From: Thermodesulfobacteriota bacterium
GTDB lineage: Bacteria; Desulfobacterota_D; UBA1144; Nemesobacterales; JAJCZQ01
DNA: 64,000 bases
Reading direction: 5' to 3'
Assembly (NCBI GenBank): GCA_965215275.1
Contig: OZ244044.1
Coordinates: 1,888,001-1,952,000 of the forward strand
In this document: one piece after another, positions 42,908 through 52,654 of the stretch
Layout of the letters: each line of letters begins with the position of its first letter
How positions within the stretch are numbered: the first letter of the stretch is position 1
Notes under the pieces: model-generated
Seen by the model: the letters and a program-made list of their open reading frames with translations, nothing else
Told to the model about the DNA's origin: nothing
The model's database searches: none
Made by a program: the position numbers and the translations under genes

Positions 42908-44083
42908 ATGTCTATTAAAACTGTATTTAAAGTATTGCTCTATTTGGAAAACAGGCTGCATGATGTTGCCTATATGGACGCGAGATCATTATCCATATTC
43001 AGGATTATTTTTGCGTCATTTTGGTTGTTTTTTTTCAAACCGCCAAAATATTCATGGATATCAGAATACCCAGATATATTCTATAATCCACCTGTCTTAT
43101 CAATAGCTGCTCTGTTCAGCAAATTTCCACCAGATGCTTTTTTTCAAGTAGTGGACTTTTTATTACCTCTGCTTTTTATACTCCTACTTTTTGGTTACAA
43201 GACAAGATACGTTTCATTGGTTCTGTCTTTATTAATTATTATCTGCGACTCTTTTCATTACTCGTTTGGCAAAATTGACCACATGCTTCATCTACCGGTA
43301 ATTATGCTTTTCCTGATGACCTTTTCCGACTGGGGAAGATATTACTCAATTGATTCCTATAACAGGACTAGAAAGAAGTTTAGCAAAAAAAGAAATTACG
43401 TATTGTCATTGATAGCTCTATGTATATGCTTTGGTTTTTTTACCGCGGGTGTTCCAAAACATACATGGTTTGATCTTGATCTATCAACTCAAGCTGTACG
43501 AAGGTGGTTAAATGACACATATTATATTAAAAAAACAGATAGATATCTCGTTGGCTATTTTGTAGAGTTAACAAACAATTTGTTTTGGGAATTAATTGAC
43601 AGCCTAGCATTTTTATTTGAAATAATATTTATTACCGCTTGTTTTACAAACAGAAAGATATTTAGAGCCTATCTTTGTCTTGCTGTGTTCTTTCACCTTT
43701 CTAACTATTTGATGCTCAATATAGCTTTCTCTCATACCGTTTTGGCATATGGTGCATTTGTTGACTGGAGAAGTATCATCCTTGCAAATAAAGATTGTAA
43801 AGGTTCTCATGCCTATTGTGATTTTATAAAGCGGCTTTCTTTAATGTTTCTTGGTATGGTCCTATTACTTGTGATGGCTTTGAGTTTGCTGGGAATTAAA
43901 TACCAAAGTTTAATATCTGATAAACACCTATTTATACTTTTGACCGGTTCTATTATTGCTGTTTGTTACCTTCTGTCTATTTTTTTATCACGGTTTGTAT
44001 TCAAGTTGTATAAAAAGGATACAAAACTGATTCATAATAGAAATGCTACACTGCTAATAATCTTATTGTTTTCACTCTTTTAG
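42908..44083 (+). CDS. Multi-TM HTTM-like membrane protein, copy 1
   Basis: RSLSIFRI, GYKTR, YSFGKIDH, YSIDS, FH motifs typical of HTTM-type proteins. Confidence 0.6.
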   Translation: MSIKTVFKVLLYLENRLHDVAYMDARSLSIFRIIFASFWLFFFKPPKYSWISEYPDIFYNPPVLSIAALFSKFPPDAFFQVVDFLLPLLFILLLFGYKTRYVSLVLSLLIIICDSFHYSFGKIDHMLHLPVIMLFLMTFSDWGRYYSIDSYNRTRKKFSKKRNYVLSLIALCICFGFFTAGVPKHTWFDLDLSTQAVRRWLNDTYYIKKTDRYLVGYFVELTNNLFWELIDSLAFLFEIIFITACFTNRKIFRAYLCLAVFFHLSNYLMLNIAFSHTVLAYGAFVDWRSIILANKDCKGSHAYCDFIKRLSLMFLGMVLLLVMALSLLGIKYQSLISDKHLFILLTGSIIAVCYLLSIFLSRFVFKLYKKDTKLIHNRNATLLIILLFSLF

Positions 44084-44441
44084 TACTACCATTATTAAAA
44101 TAATAATATGGTTTTTGGTGAACCTCTTGACCCTATCAAGATTGTGATTGACTATAACAAATATCTTTTTATCATTTTTCGTTAGCTGGTTTATCTGTAG
44201 CGCATTTTTATCACGAAAAGATTGATTATCACTGAAAAACCTAACCTTACGGTCATACCGGAAGAATATTTCTTCACAGATGTGTTCTGAAATTTATTTT
44301 CCCTTGGGTGAAAATAATTCTATGTTTCTGGAGCAAGCTACAATTCCAAAATTGTTCTTTAAAGTCAAGTAAGTTATGTTGAGGCAGTTGGAAGACTCCT
44401 TTGCATATAGAGATAAGGAGTTGGGATTATCTGATTCAGGG

Positions 44442-45368
44442 CTATATTCCTAACCTCCACCCAGATTTGACCCTGTGTCCTCTTAAAAAATCCTCCGTCT
44501 TTATTTTTCTCCCTCCTTCAATTTGAATCTCTAATAAGTTCAATGATTTTTCTCCAGTACCAATCCTTAAAGTTCCGGGATTAGACCGTAGTATCTCTCC
44601 TGGCTTACCGCTGTCGTTGCTTACGGATGCTTTGAATATTTTCAAAATTTTATTATTTAGGGTTGTAAAAGATCCAGGCCAAGGCTGCGTTCCTCTAATT
44701 AAATTATTGATCTCTTCGGCTTTTTTCTCCCAGTTGATCTTCCCCACATCCTTTTTAATTATTGGTGCATAGGTAGCGTCGACGTCGTTTTGTCTTATAG
44801 GTGTTAGTTCATTTTGTTCTAATTTGTCTATTGTTTCCATCAACAGGGTTGCTCCATATTCTGCTAACTTTTGACTTAACTCTATTGATGTTTCCTCTTC
44901 CTTTATTTCAACTTTTGTTTTTGCAAGTATATCTCCTGTGTCCATGCCTTCGTCCATAAGCATTATGGTGACGCCCGTTTTTTTTTCTCCGTTTATTATC
45001 GCCCAGTTTATAGGTGCTGCACCTCTGTATTTTGGCAATAGGGACGCGTGTACGTTAATACATCCATATCTGGGGAGTTTCAGTATATCCAGCGGTAGTA
45101 TTTTCCCGTATGCAGTTACACATATCAGGTCGGGATTAATGTCGCTGATCTGCCTGTAAAATTCATCCGTTTTTATTTTTTCAGGCTGCAGGAGTGGAAT
45201 TGCCATTTCTTTGGCCAAGGACTTTACCGGCGAAGAGGTTATTTTTCTACCTCTTCCCTTGGGTTTATCAGGTTGACATACAATACCAACAATTTCGTTC
45301 CGTGAGTTTATCAGTTTCTTCAAGCACGGTACTGCAAATTCTGGAGTTCCCATGAAAATTATCTTCAT
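44442..45368 (-). CDS. fmt: Methionyl-tRNA formyltransferase
   Basis: MKIIFMGTPEFA, INVHASLLPKYRGAAPI, MDEGMDTGDI. Confidence 0.98.
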   Translation of the reverse strand: MKIIFMGTPEFAVPCLKKLINSRNEIVGIVCQPDKPKGRGRKITSSPVKSLAKEMAIPLLQPEKIKTDEFYRQISDINPDLICVTAYGKILPLDILKLPRYGCINVHASLLPKYRGAAPINWAIINGEKKTGVTIMLMDEGMDTGDILAKTKVEIKEEETSIELSQKLAEYGATLLMETIDKLEQNELTPIRQNDVDATYAPIIKKDVGKINWEKKAEEINNLIRGTQPWPGSFTTLNNKILKIFKASVSNDSGKPGEILRSNPGTLRIGTGEKSLNLLEIQIEGGRKIKTEDFLRGHRVKSGWRLGI

Positions 45369-45444
45369 AGTTAGTGTAGTCTGAACAAATTAAGTACTAT
45401 GGTTATGATAAATCGTTGGTCTTGCCTGTCAAATATTACTTTAG

Positions 45445-45461
45445 TGCTTAATTTATAGGCA
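45445..45461. promoter_or_regulatory. Candidate NtrC-type enhancer site
   Basis: TGC-N11-GCA dyad (tgcttaatttataggca) about 100 bp upstream of the sigma54 motif. Confidence 0.5.
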
Positions 45462-45557
45462 TTCTTTAGTAAGTTTGTCTTTCTCGGTTTTAGATTTATA
45501 AAAATTCTGCTTTCTTTTCAATATGTTACACCCATTTTACTATTTTGTTTATCGATT

Positions 45558-45573
45558 TGGCATTCAAGTTGCA
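45558..45573 (+). promoter_or_regulatory. Sigma54 -24/-12 promoter of amtB
   Basis: TGGCATTCAAGTTGCA matches TGGCA-N6-TTGC. Confidence 0.75.
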
Positions 45574-45701
45574 ATTAATAACGGCATAAATTCAAGCAGT
45601 GGAGGATTGTAAGAGATGAAAAGTCTTATTTTATCAGTTCCAAAATCACCTTATATGCGCTTATTACTCATTCCAGTTATAACTACTTTTTTCTTATAGG
45701 G

Positions 45702-46952
45702 GTGAAGGTTTATGCGCAAGAGGATGGACCAACGGCAGAGCATGCGTTGTTTGTTGCAAATAACGTGTGGATGCTCGTCGCAACTTTTCTGGTGTTTATT
45801 ATGCACCTTGGATTTGCAACTTTAGAATCGGGGCTTACAAGATCCAAGAACACAATAAATATCCTGTTTAAAAACACGTTTATTATCTCAATGGGAATTA
45901 TTATGTACGCAATCTGCGGATTTAACCTTATGTACCCCGGGGATTTCTCAATTGGGCAGTTTTTTGGATTTGCAGGACCTTGGATATCCGCACCACTTGG
46001 CGCAGATGGACTTATTGCTTACGCAGACGGTGGATATACTTACTGGACGGACTTTATATTTCAAGCAATGTTTGCCGCAACTGCCGCGACCATAGTATCT
46101 GGTGCGGTTGCAGAAAGGGTAAAGCTCAGCAGTTTCCTAATCTTTGCAACGGTCTTTGTGGCCCTCGTTTACCCGATTGCAGGTTCATGGAAGTGGGGTG
46201 GGGGTTGGTTGGACCAAATGGGTTTTTATGATTTTGCAGGTTCGACCCTTGTGCATAGCGTAGGTGGATGGGCAGCCTTGGTATGTGCTTACATACTTGG
46301 TCCTAGAATAGGTAAATATACTTCATCAGGAATGAAGTTAATACCTGGTCATTCTATGCCGCTTCCGGCAATAGGAGTATTTTTACTATGGGTTGGCTGG
46401 TATGGATTTAATGGTGGTTCGGTGCTTTCTGCGGAGCCAGAACTTATATCGTTGGTATTTGTTACCACAACGCTTGCTGCTTGTGCAGGAGTAGTAGGAG
46501 CAATGATACTTTCCTGGATGATGAACAAAAAGCCTGACCTGTCCCTTACTTTGAATGGTGCTCTTGCAGGTCTTGTAGGTATTACTGCTGGGGCTGACGT
46601 TATGACACCAGGTAGTGCTACTTTAATAGGATTGATAGCTGGATTTATAGTAGTGGTATCCGTAATGTTCTTTGATAAAATTAGAATCGACGACCCAGTC
46701 GGAGCAATTTCCGTTCATCTTGTATGTGGAATCTGGGGAACCTTGGCGGTGGGTTTGTTCAGTACCAATCCTGAACATAGCTTTTTTGTGCAGTTTATAG
46801 GAGTGGTTGCCTATGGGATCTTCACCATTCTCTGTTCGTTTGTAATATTCATGATAATTAAAGCTGTTATGGGAGTGAGAGTAAGTCGGGAAGAGGAGAT
46901 CACGGGTTTGGATCTTGCGGAGCATGGTATGGAAGCCTATCCGGACTTTTAG
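45702..46952 (+). CDS. amtB: Ammonium transporter; signal peptide from ATG 45616 is out of frame
   Basis: FQAMFAAT, SGAVAER, DFAGSTLVH, GWYGFNGGS, DDPVGAISVH. Confidence 0.95.
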   Translation: MKVYAQEDGPTAEHALFVANNVWMLVATFLVFIMHLGFATLESGLTRSKNTINILFKNTFIISMGIIMYAICGFNLMYPGDFSIGQFFGFAGPWISAPLGADGLIAYADGGYTYWTDFIFQAMFAATAATIVSGAVAERVKLSSFLIFATVFVALVYPIAGSWKWGGGWLDQMGFYDFAGSTLVHSVGGWAALVCAYILGPRIGKYTSSGMKLIPGHSMPLPAIGVFLLWVGWYGFNGGSVLSAEPELISLVFVTTTLAACAGVVGAMILSWMMNKKPDLSLTLNGALAGLVGITAGADVMTPGSATLIGLIAGFIVVVSVMFFDKIRIDDPVGAISVHLVCGIWGTLAVGLFSTNPEHSFFVQFIGVVAYGIFTILCSFVIFMIIKAVMGVRVSREEEITGLDLAEHGMEAYPDF

Positions 46953-47031
46953 TTTGGTAAAAGGTATTTAGATAATGATTATAGGAAAGATGGAGATAGA
47001 AATGAAAAAAATTTTAGAAAAGGAGGGTAAA

Positions 47032-48141
47032 ATGAGAAAAATATTTTTACCTGTTTTATTAGCTGCTTTAATGCTTACCGTAATTCCAAGGCAAGCAGAA
47101 GCAGGTCACAGTATGTTAGATGTATTAAAGGAAATTAATGTTGGTTTTTCTGTTGATACAACATATCAGTATATGTTTGATAGAGACATTGGAGAAGGCG
47201 ATATTAAGGAAAGAGGTCTTTATCCGGAACACAACGATTTTTCCATAGATGCATTTACCGTTTCAATTGAAAAAACTCCAACTATGGAAGGAGAGATTAA
47301 AGACCTAGTTGGTTTTCGAGCAGACATACTTTTTGGTGAACAGGCTGAACGCCTTGGTTTTGGCTTCGATACTGACAACGAGGGTGCCGCCGATGGTGCC
47401 GTCAGTCCTTATCAAGCTTATATAAATCTACTTGTTCCAACCGAAGCAAGCAGTTTTAACGTTTATGCCGGGCAGTTCACTACCTTGGCCGGTTGGGAAC
47501 TTATAGAGGCAAAGGATAACACTAATATAACCAGGTCACTGCTCTTTTATAGGATACCTTTTGCACACTCTGGTATTCGTACCACGTTCAGTTCAGGACT
47601 AATTGATTTTGCTTTGGGCTTGAGCAATGACTGGGATGCGGTTGACGATGAAAATGATGGAAAAACATTCGAATCTCAAATTGCTATAAATCTTCCTGAT
47701 GATGGTTGGTTAGGGGTTACAGGATACTTTGGAAATACTGGGGAGGAACCCACTGATGAACTTAGAAGCCTCATTACCGTTGTTGGTAGTATGACCTTTA
47801 TGGAGAAAATTACCCTCGTTGGGGATTTTGAGTACACATGGGACGACATAAGCGGAGACCGCTGGGGTTTTGCTGGTTACGCGACCTTTGCTCTTTCAGA
47901 CCCTGTGACTGTTTCTTTAAGAGGTGAATACATTGATGATAGTGAAAGGACCGGAGAAGGGGAAAATGTGGAACTTTATGAATTTACCTCCACTTTCATT
48001 TTTAAACTTTTTCCCAGTGATACTGGGAACACTGAGGCAAGACTTGAATACAGATATGATAAGGCAGATGGTGTTGATGGCTATTTTGAAGGAGACGATT
48101 CACAGCATGGTGTTGCCATTCAACTTTTGTACTGGATATAA
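47032..48141 (+). CDS. Putative outer-membrane beta-barrel porin
   Basis: Signal peptide; GQFTTLAGWELIEAKDNTNITRS; EYRYD; aromatic C-terminus; downstream of amtB. Confidence 0.75.
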   Translation: MRKIFLPVLLAALMLTVIPRQAEAGHSMLDVLKEINVGFSVDTTYQYMFDRDIGEGDIKERGLYPEHNDFSIDAFTVSIEKTPTMEGEIKDLVGFRADILFGEQAERLGFGFDTDNEGAADGAVSPYQAYINLLVPTEASSFNVYAGQFTTLAGWELIEAKDNTNITRSLLFYRIPFAHSGIRTTFSSGLIDFALGLSNDWDAVDDENDGKTFESQIAINLPDDGWLGVTGYFGNTGEEPTDELRSLITVVGSMTFMEKITLVGDFEYTWDDISGDRWGFAGYATFALSDPVTVSLRGEYIDDSERTGEGENVELYEFTSTFIFKLFPSDTGNTEARLEYRYDKADGVDGYFEGDDSQHGVAIQLLYWI

Positions 48142-48235
48142 AAAGCCGAAGAGAAAAAGATAAAAACACTTAGTTTCGTAGGATAGTTACTTAACTCTCA
48201 TCTCTCAATACCTCCGTTTCTAAAGTGTTTATTAC

Positions 48236-48276
48236 GCGGGACCTGTTATTACTTCTTATTTCAGGTCCCGCTTTTT
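48236..48276 (+). terminator. Rho-independent terminator candidate
   Basis: gcgggacctg...caggtcccgc stem followed by a T run. Confidence 0.6.
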
Positions 48277-48473
48277 ATTTTGGGGATATATAAAGATTAT
48301 TTGGCAAATAAATTATCTCTACCGTTCTTGGTGCAGTATCACTTTTCACTTCCTTTTGATTTTCAATGTTATTAGTGCTAATGGAACTCATGCTTAGCTG
48401 TTCAACCTGATACAAATACAAATTTGTTGAAAAACCATTTTTGTTCACTAAATCCACAATTTTGATAGTTTCC

Positions 48474-49601
48474 CTATGGATCAGGTTTTGTATCCTTTTT
48501 ATGATTTGAATACAATCCATGATATAAAATAGACAGAAGGTAACAAACAGCAATAATAGAACCGGTCAAAAGTATAAATAGGGGTTTATTGGATATTAAA
48601 CTTTTGTATTTAATTCCCAGCAAACCCAAAGTCATCACAAGTAATAGGACCACACCAAGAAACATTAAAGAAAGCCGCTTTCTAAAATCACAAGAGACAT
48701 GATAATCTTTACAATCTTTATTTGCAGGGATGATATTCCTCCAATCAACAAATGCACCATATACCAAAATGGTATTGTGGAAACCTATGTTGAGCATCAA
48801 ATAGTTAGAAAGGTGAAAGAAGACAGCAAGACAAAGATAAACTCTAAATATCTTTCTGTTTGTAAAACAAGCAGCAATAAATAGTATTTCAAATAAAAAT
48901 GCGAAACTGTCAATTAATTCCCAGAATAAATTGCTCGTTAACTCTACAAAATAGCCAGTGAGATATTTATCTGTTTTCTTAATATAATATGCTGTATTTA
49001 ACCAACCTCGCACGGCTTGGGTTGATAGATCAAGATCAAGCCATTTATATTTTCCAATACCCGCGGCAAAAAAAGCAAAGCATATACATAAAGCCATCAG
49101 TGACAACCCGTAATTTCTTTTTTTACTGAACTTCTTTTTAATTCCGTTATACGAATCAATTGAGTAATACTTTCCCCAGTCGGAAAAGGTCATCAGGAAA
49201 AGCATAATTACCGGTAGATGACGACCGTGGTCAATCTTGCCGAACGAGTACTGAAAAGAGTCGCATATAATAATAAGCAAAGACAGGGTCAATGAAACGT
49301 ATCTTGTCTTGTAACCAAAGAGCAGGAGTATAAAAAGCAGAGGTAATAAAAATTCCACTACTTGAAAAAAAGCATCTGGTGGAAACTTGCTGAACAGAGC
49401 AGCTATTGATAAGACCGGTGGATTATAGAATATATCTGGGGATTGTGATATCCATGAATATCTTGGCGGTCTGAAAACGAACAACCAAAGTGACGCAAAA
49501 ATAATCCTGAATATGGATAATGATCTTGTGTCCATATAGGCAACGTCATGCAGCCTTTTTTCCAAATAGGTCAATACTTTGAATACAGGTTTAATAGACA
49601 T
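48474..49601 (-). CDS. Multi-TM HTTM-like membrane protein, copy 2
   Basis: Close paralog of 42908-44083 in inverted orientation. Confidence 0.6.
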   Translation of the reverse strand: MSIKPVFKVLTYLEKRLHDVAYMDTRSLSIFRIIFASLWLFVFRPPRYSWISQSPDIFYNPPVLSIAALFSKFPPDAFFQVVEFLLPLLFILLLFGYKTRYVSLTLSLLIIICDSFQYSFGKIDHGRHLPVIMLFLMTFSDWGKYYSIDSYNGIKKKFSKKRNYGLSLMALCICFAFFAAGIGKYKWLDLDLSTQAVRGWLNTAYYIKKTDKYLTGYFVELTSNLFWELIDSFAFLFEILFIAACFTNRKIFRVYLCLAVFFHLSNYLMLNIGFHNTILVYGAFVDWRNIIPANKDCKDYHVSCDFRKRLSLMFLGVVLLLVMTLGLLGIKYKSLISNKPLFILLTGSIIAVCYLLSILYHGLYSNHKKDTKPDP

Positions 49602-49615
49602 AACTTACTTATAAA

Positions 49616-50112
49616 TTAGAAGAGTATTACACTTTTAGTCTTACATTTTTCTTTATTTGACCGTTTCGCATCATAATATATTTTTAAATAGCACTTCTCG
49701 TACCTTAATCCTTTAATTGCTTCTTTGTCCACACCAGTTAGCTTATTCAGACGATCTTTTATCCAGTTTACTCCATCCCTCCTGGTTGTTGCCGAGAGTC
49801 CGTGGGACCTACCCCCCCCTCCTTACCTAATCCAAAATTATTTCTCATTACCATCATTCCATAGTAAGGACGAATAGGTTTAAAAAACTTTATGTAATTA
49901 ACTTTCACCTCTGCATTTTCCTTTAACATATAGAGTCTAAACTCACGCTGAATTCTAAACTCACTACCCAAATGTTTGCCTGGTGAACGACCGCTTCCTG
50001 GAAGGATCACCGCGGGATAAGGTTCAAGACGGTAAGGACCATGGAGTAAAATAACAGGAACAACAAGTAAACAAAACAACAGCGCTCTTGAAATAAAATA
50101 TCTTGTTTTCAT
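49616..50112 (-). pseudogene. Partner of HTTM-like gene, one frameshift at G8 tract 49812-49819
   Basis: G9, as in the paralog, restores a 165-aa ORF ending ...KSVILF*. Confidence 0.85.
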
Positions 50113-50241
50113 TAGAACTTTAACGATAAATAAAAACTTGGATATAGTCAAAATATTCTGTTAATACTAAAAAATTACTCTCTTGAAACAGCGACTTATC
50201 TTGATAAAATTAAAATTCTTTTTATTATTTATTATCAATCT

Positions 50242-50317
<76 letters not shown>

Positions 50318-50438
50318 TACCACTCTTTTACTATATAATCATTGTTATTATGACGTGACCTGATATATAATATTATCAGTATAGCAATACGGTGTAGTTT
50401 TAAGGCAGTTGTGTAAATATTGATCTGGGAGGTCATAT

Positions 50439-50852
50439 ATGAGATTTTCTGAATACCTTAAAGATAAAAGAAAACAGAATAACATTACTCAGGAAAATTT
50501 GGCACGCAGTCTCAATGTTTCAAGTGTGTTTATCCATCAACTTGAAACTGGAAAGGTCGATGCACCGTCTTATGAAAGATGTAAGCAGCTTTCTCTTATT
50601 TTAAAGGCTGATACCGAAGAGTTATGGAATGTGGCTCAAAGAGAGAGATTTAAAAGGTTTATAGAGAAACAGGGAATAGACGAGACCAACCTTGAGTTAT
50701 TGAGCAGAGAAGAAAAGTTGATAATTAAACTTCACAGAAATCTTGATAGTGACATGAAAAAAGATTTCAGTGGTATGATCTTTATGCTGCTGCGTCATTC
50801 CCAGAGCGAGGAGCTAAAGAAAGTTTTAGATGAATTTATGAAATGCGCATAA
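50439..50852 (+). CDS. XRE-family HTH transcriptional regulator
   Basis: ITQENLARSLNVSSVFIHQLETG helix-turn-helix. Confidence 0.85.
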   Translation: MRFSEYLKDKRKQNNITQENLARSLNVSSVFIHQLETGKVDAPSYERCKQLSLILKADTEELWNVAQRERFKRFIEKQGIDETNLELLSREEKLIIKLHRNLDSDMKKDFSGMIFMLLRHSQSEELKKVLDEFMKCA

Positions 50853-51634
50853 AAGGAAAAATTGAGTTAGTTGGGAAGATATTTCTGGTTGAGTTCATCA
50901 TTTTGATGCTCATAGGTGTAGTGTTTTATTTTCAGTTTTCAAACGCAAGAGAGGAGTTTATAAGTAAGACAAGATCCGTTGCCGAAACTATAGGAGATCA
51001 GGCAAGCACCTATTTTTCTGATATAAGCAAACATACCGGTATAGAAAAAAATGCTACAAGTGATGAGTTTTTTCTTTTTCTTGATGAAAGACTTGGAAGG
51101 GAGAAATTATTTCATGTATTGGACATTTCCCCTGAATTTTTTAGCGTTGTATTCAAAAAAGATGTGGATAGAGGTTTCGTTAGGGGTTATTTCAACAAGG
51201 ATTTTTATCCGGACGCAGGATATTCAGTGCAAAAAAAAGAAGGTTTAATTTCCGTTACGGTTCCGTTTATAACGCGTGAGCAATCCGAACCATTTGGTCT
51301 TGTAAAGATAAGTTCCGATAATATGACAATTCTAAAGCAGGTTTTTTCGGATAATTTTCTGCTTTATGTTGCAATGTTGATTTTATTCAATAATCAGGCT
51401 TACATTTTTTATTTGTTTACACGCAAAAAGAAGGAAGAGGTCCTGGTCGATAAAGGTTATTTGAAAGAGCATTCCATAGGAGCATTGAAAATTATGCACA
51501 GGGTCCTTGGAGAGATTATTGAAGATCATTCCGGCAGCAGTGACAAGGTTAGCTCAACACAGCCAAAGGTGGAGGAGTCGGTAAAAAACGTTATTTCAAT
51601 TTCTAAAGTAGCTTTGAGAAAAGAAAAACAATGA
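50843..51634 (+). CDS. Two-TM hypothetical membrane protein
   Basis: Two hydrophobic segments flanking a periplasmic region; overlaps both neighbours. Confidence 0.7.
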   Translation: MRIKGKIELVGKIFLVEFIILMLIGVVFYFQFSNAREEFISKTRSVAETIGDQASTYFSDISKHTGIEKNATSDEFFLFLDERLGREKLFHVLDISPEFFSVVFKKDVDRGFVRGYFNKDFYPDAGYSVQKKEGLISVTVPFITREQSEPFGLVKISSDNMTILKQVFSDNFLLYVAMLILFNNQAYIFYLFTRKKKEEVLVDKGYLKEHSIGALKIMHRVLGEIIEDHSGSSDKVSSTQPKVEESVKNVISISKVALRKEKQ

Positions 51635-51990
51635 AGACACCAGTCGTATTATTATTATTATTTGCTCTGACAGTGTTGGGCTGTGATGGCAGTGTGGAAA
51701 GGTCCGTTATACTGGATGGTCCAATAATGGAAACTGTTACTGAAACTGGTGAACTTGAATATAATGGTGCTTTGATAAATGTTTCTGATAAATCCGTTTC
51801 ATCTGTTCTTGTAGTTATTATTCTGAAAGATGAAGATGGTGAAGTTATTGAGATAAAATCAATTGGCACTGATGATGAATTTGAATCTACAAACCTGATG
51901 CCGGGGGAAAGTGTATTTTTTACACTTAGTTTTGATGTAAATCCTGATATGGTTATTGCTAAAGAAGTAGAGATTTATTATGATGAATAG
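51631..51990 (+). CDS. Lipoprotein, FxLYD-like domain
   Basis: Lipobox VLGC; G.L.N.S...L.D.DG.VI...L.PGES..F pattern. Confidence 0.65.
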   Translation: MKTPVVLLLLFALTVLGCDGSVERSVILDGPIMETVTETGELEYNGALINVSDKSVSSVLVVIILKDEDGEVIEIKSIGTDDEFESTNLMPGESVFFTLSFDVNPDMVIAKEVEIYYDE

Positions 51991-52232
51991 TAATTTTATA
52001 GAGTGATTTGTGGCTTGTTAACTCTACTATTTTCAGTCCTTTGTTTCTCACGAATAATTATGTAATGGTCTCCTTTCAGACTAATTGAAAGAATTCAATT
52101 TAGGTTCGATATTATTTAAGGGTCGTGATCTGAAGCAGCAAAGCAGGACTGTCCTGATTGATATTTCTAGGTTTATTTTACTGTATAAAGAGAATTAGAA
52201 AAACTGGTAAAATGGGGATGAATTGATACTTT

Positions 52233-52415
52233 TTAATCCTTTGATGGAATTAAATGAACTATTATAGACACCGTTGCTGCTATCATTGCAACAATCCCCA
52301 AGAGTTTGAAATAATTGTTCCAGTCAATTGATATTTGAAGCAGCATACCAATGGATACTAATGAAAAGATAATCAATACTATAAACAGACTGCCGATTAT
52401 ATTTGTTTTTAACAT
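52233..52415 (-). CDS. Small two-TM hypothetical protein
   Basis: 60 aa, hydrophobic, GGAG RBS upstream. Confidence 0.45.
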   Translation of the reverse strand: MLKTNIIGSLFIVLIIFSLVSIGMLLQISIDWNNYFKLLGIVAMIAATVSIIVHLIPSKD

Positions 52416-52654
52416 ATTAACTCCGAAGTGTTTAATTGTTGAAAAACTATTCTATCTTGATGTTGTATATTATTCAACTATTAAATTTCAGACGCTGTAA
52501 GTTTTTCTTAAGCTGATCACACAAAGATTTTTAGGGTGGAATATCTGTCATTTCAGTTTTGGGATTTATTACAATATGGTTGTACGGAATTAAATAAAAT
52601 CATATGTGATATTAGGATGAAAGAACAAGTGGATCAAAGGTCAGAGGTGCCGTT

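Noticed and set aside
30594..50241. Integrase-type island between tRNA-Asn and tRNA-Phe
   Set aside because: No integrase, no duplicated tRNA 3' end seen, and core genes (fmt, amtB) lie inside.
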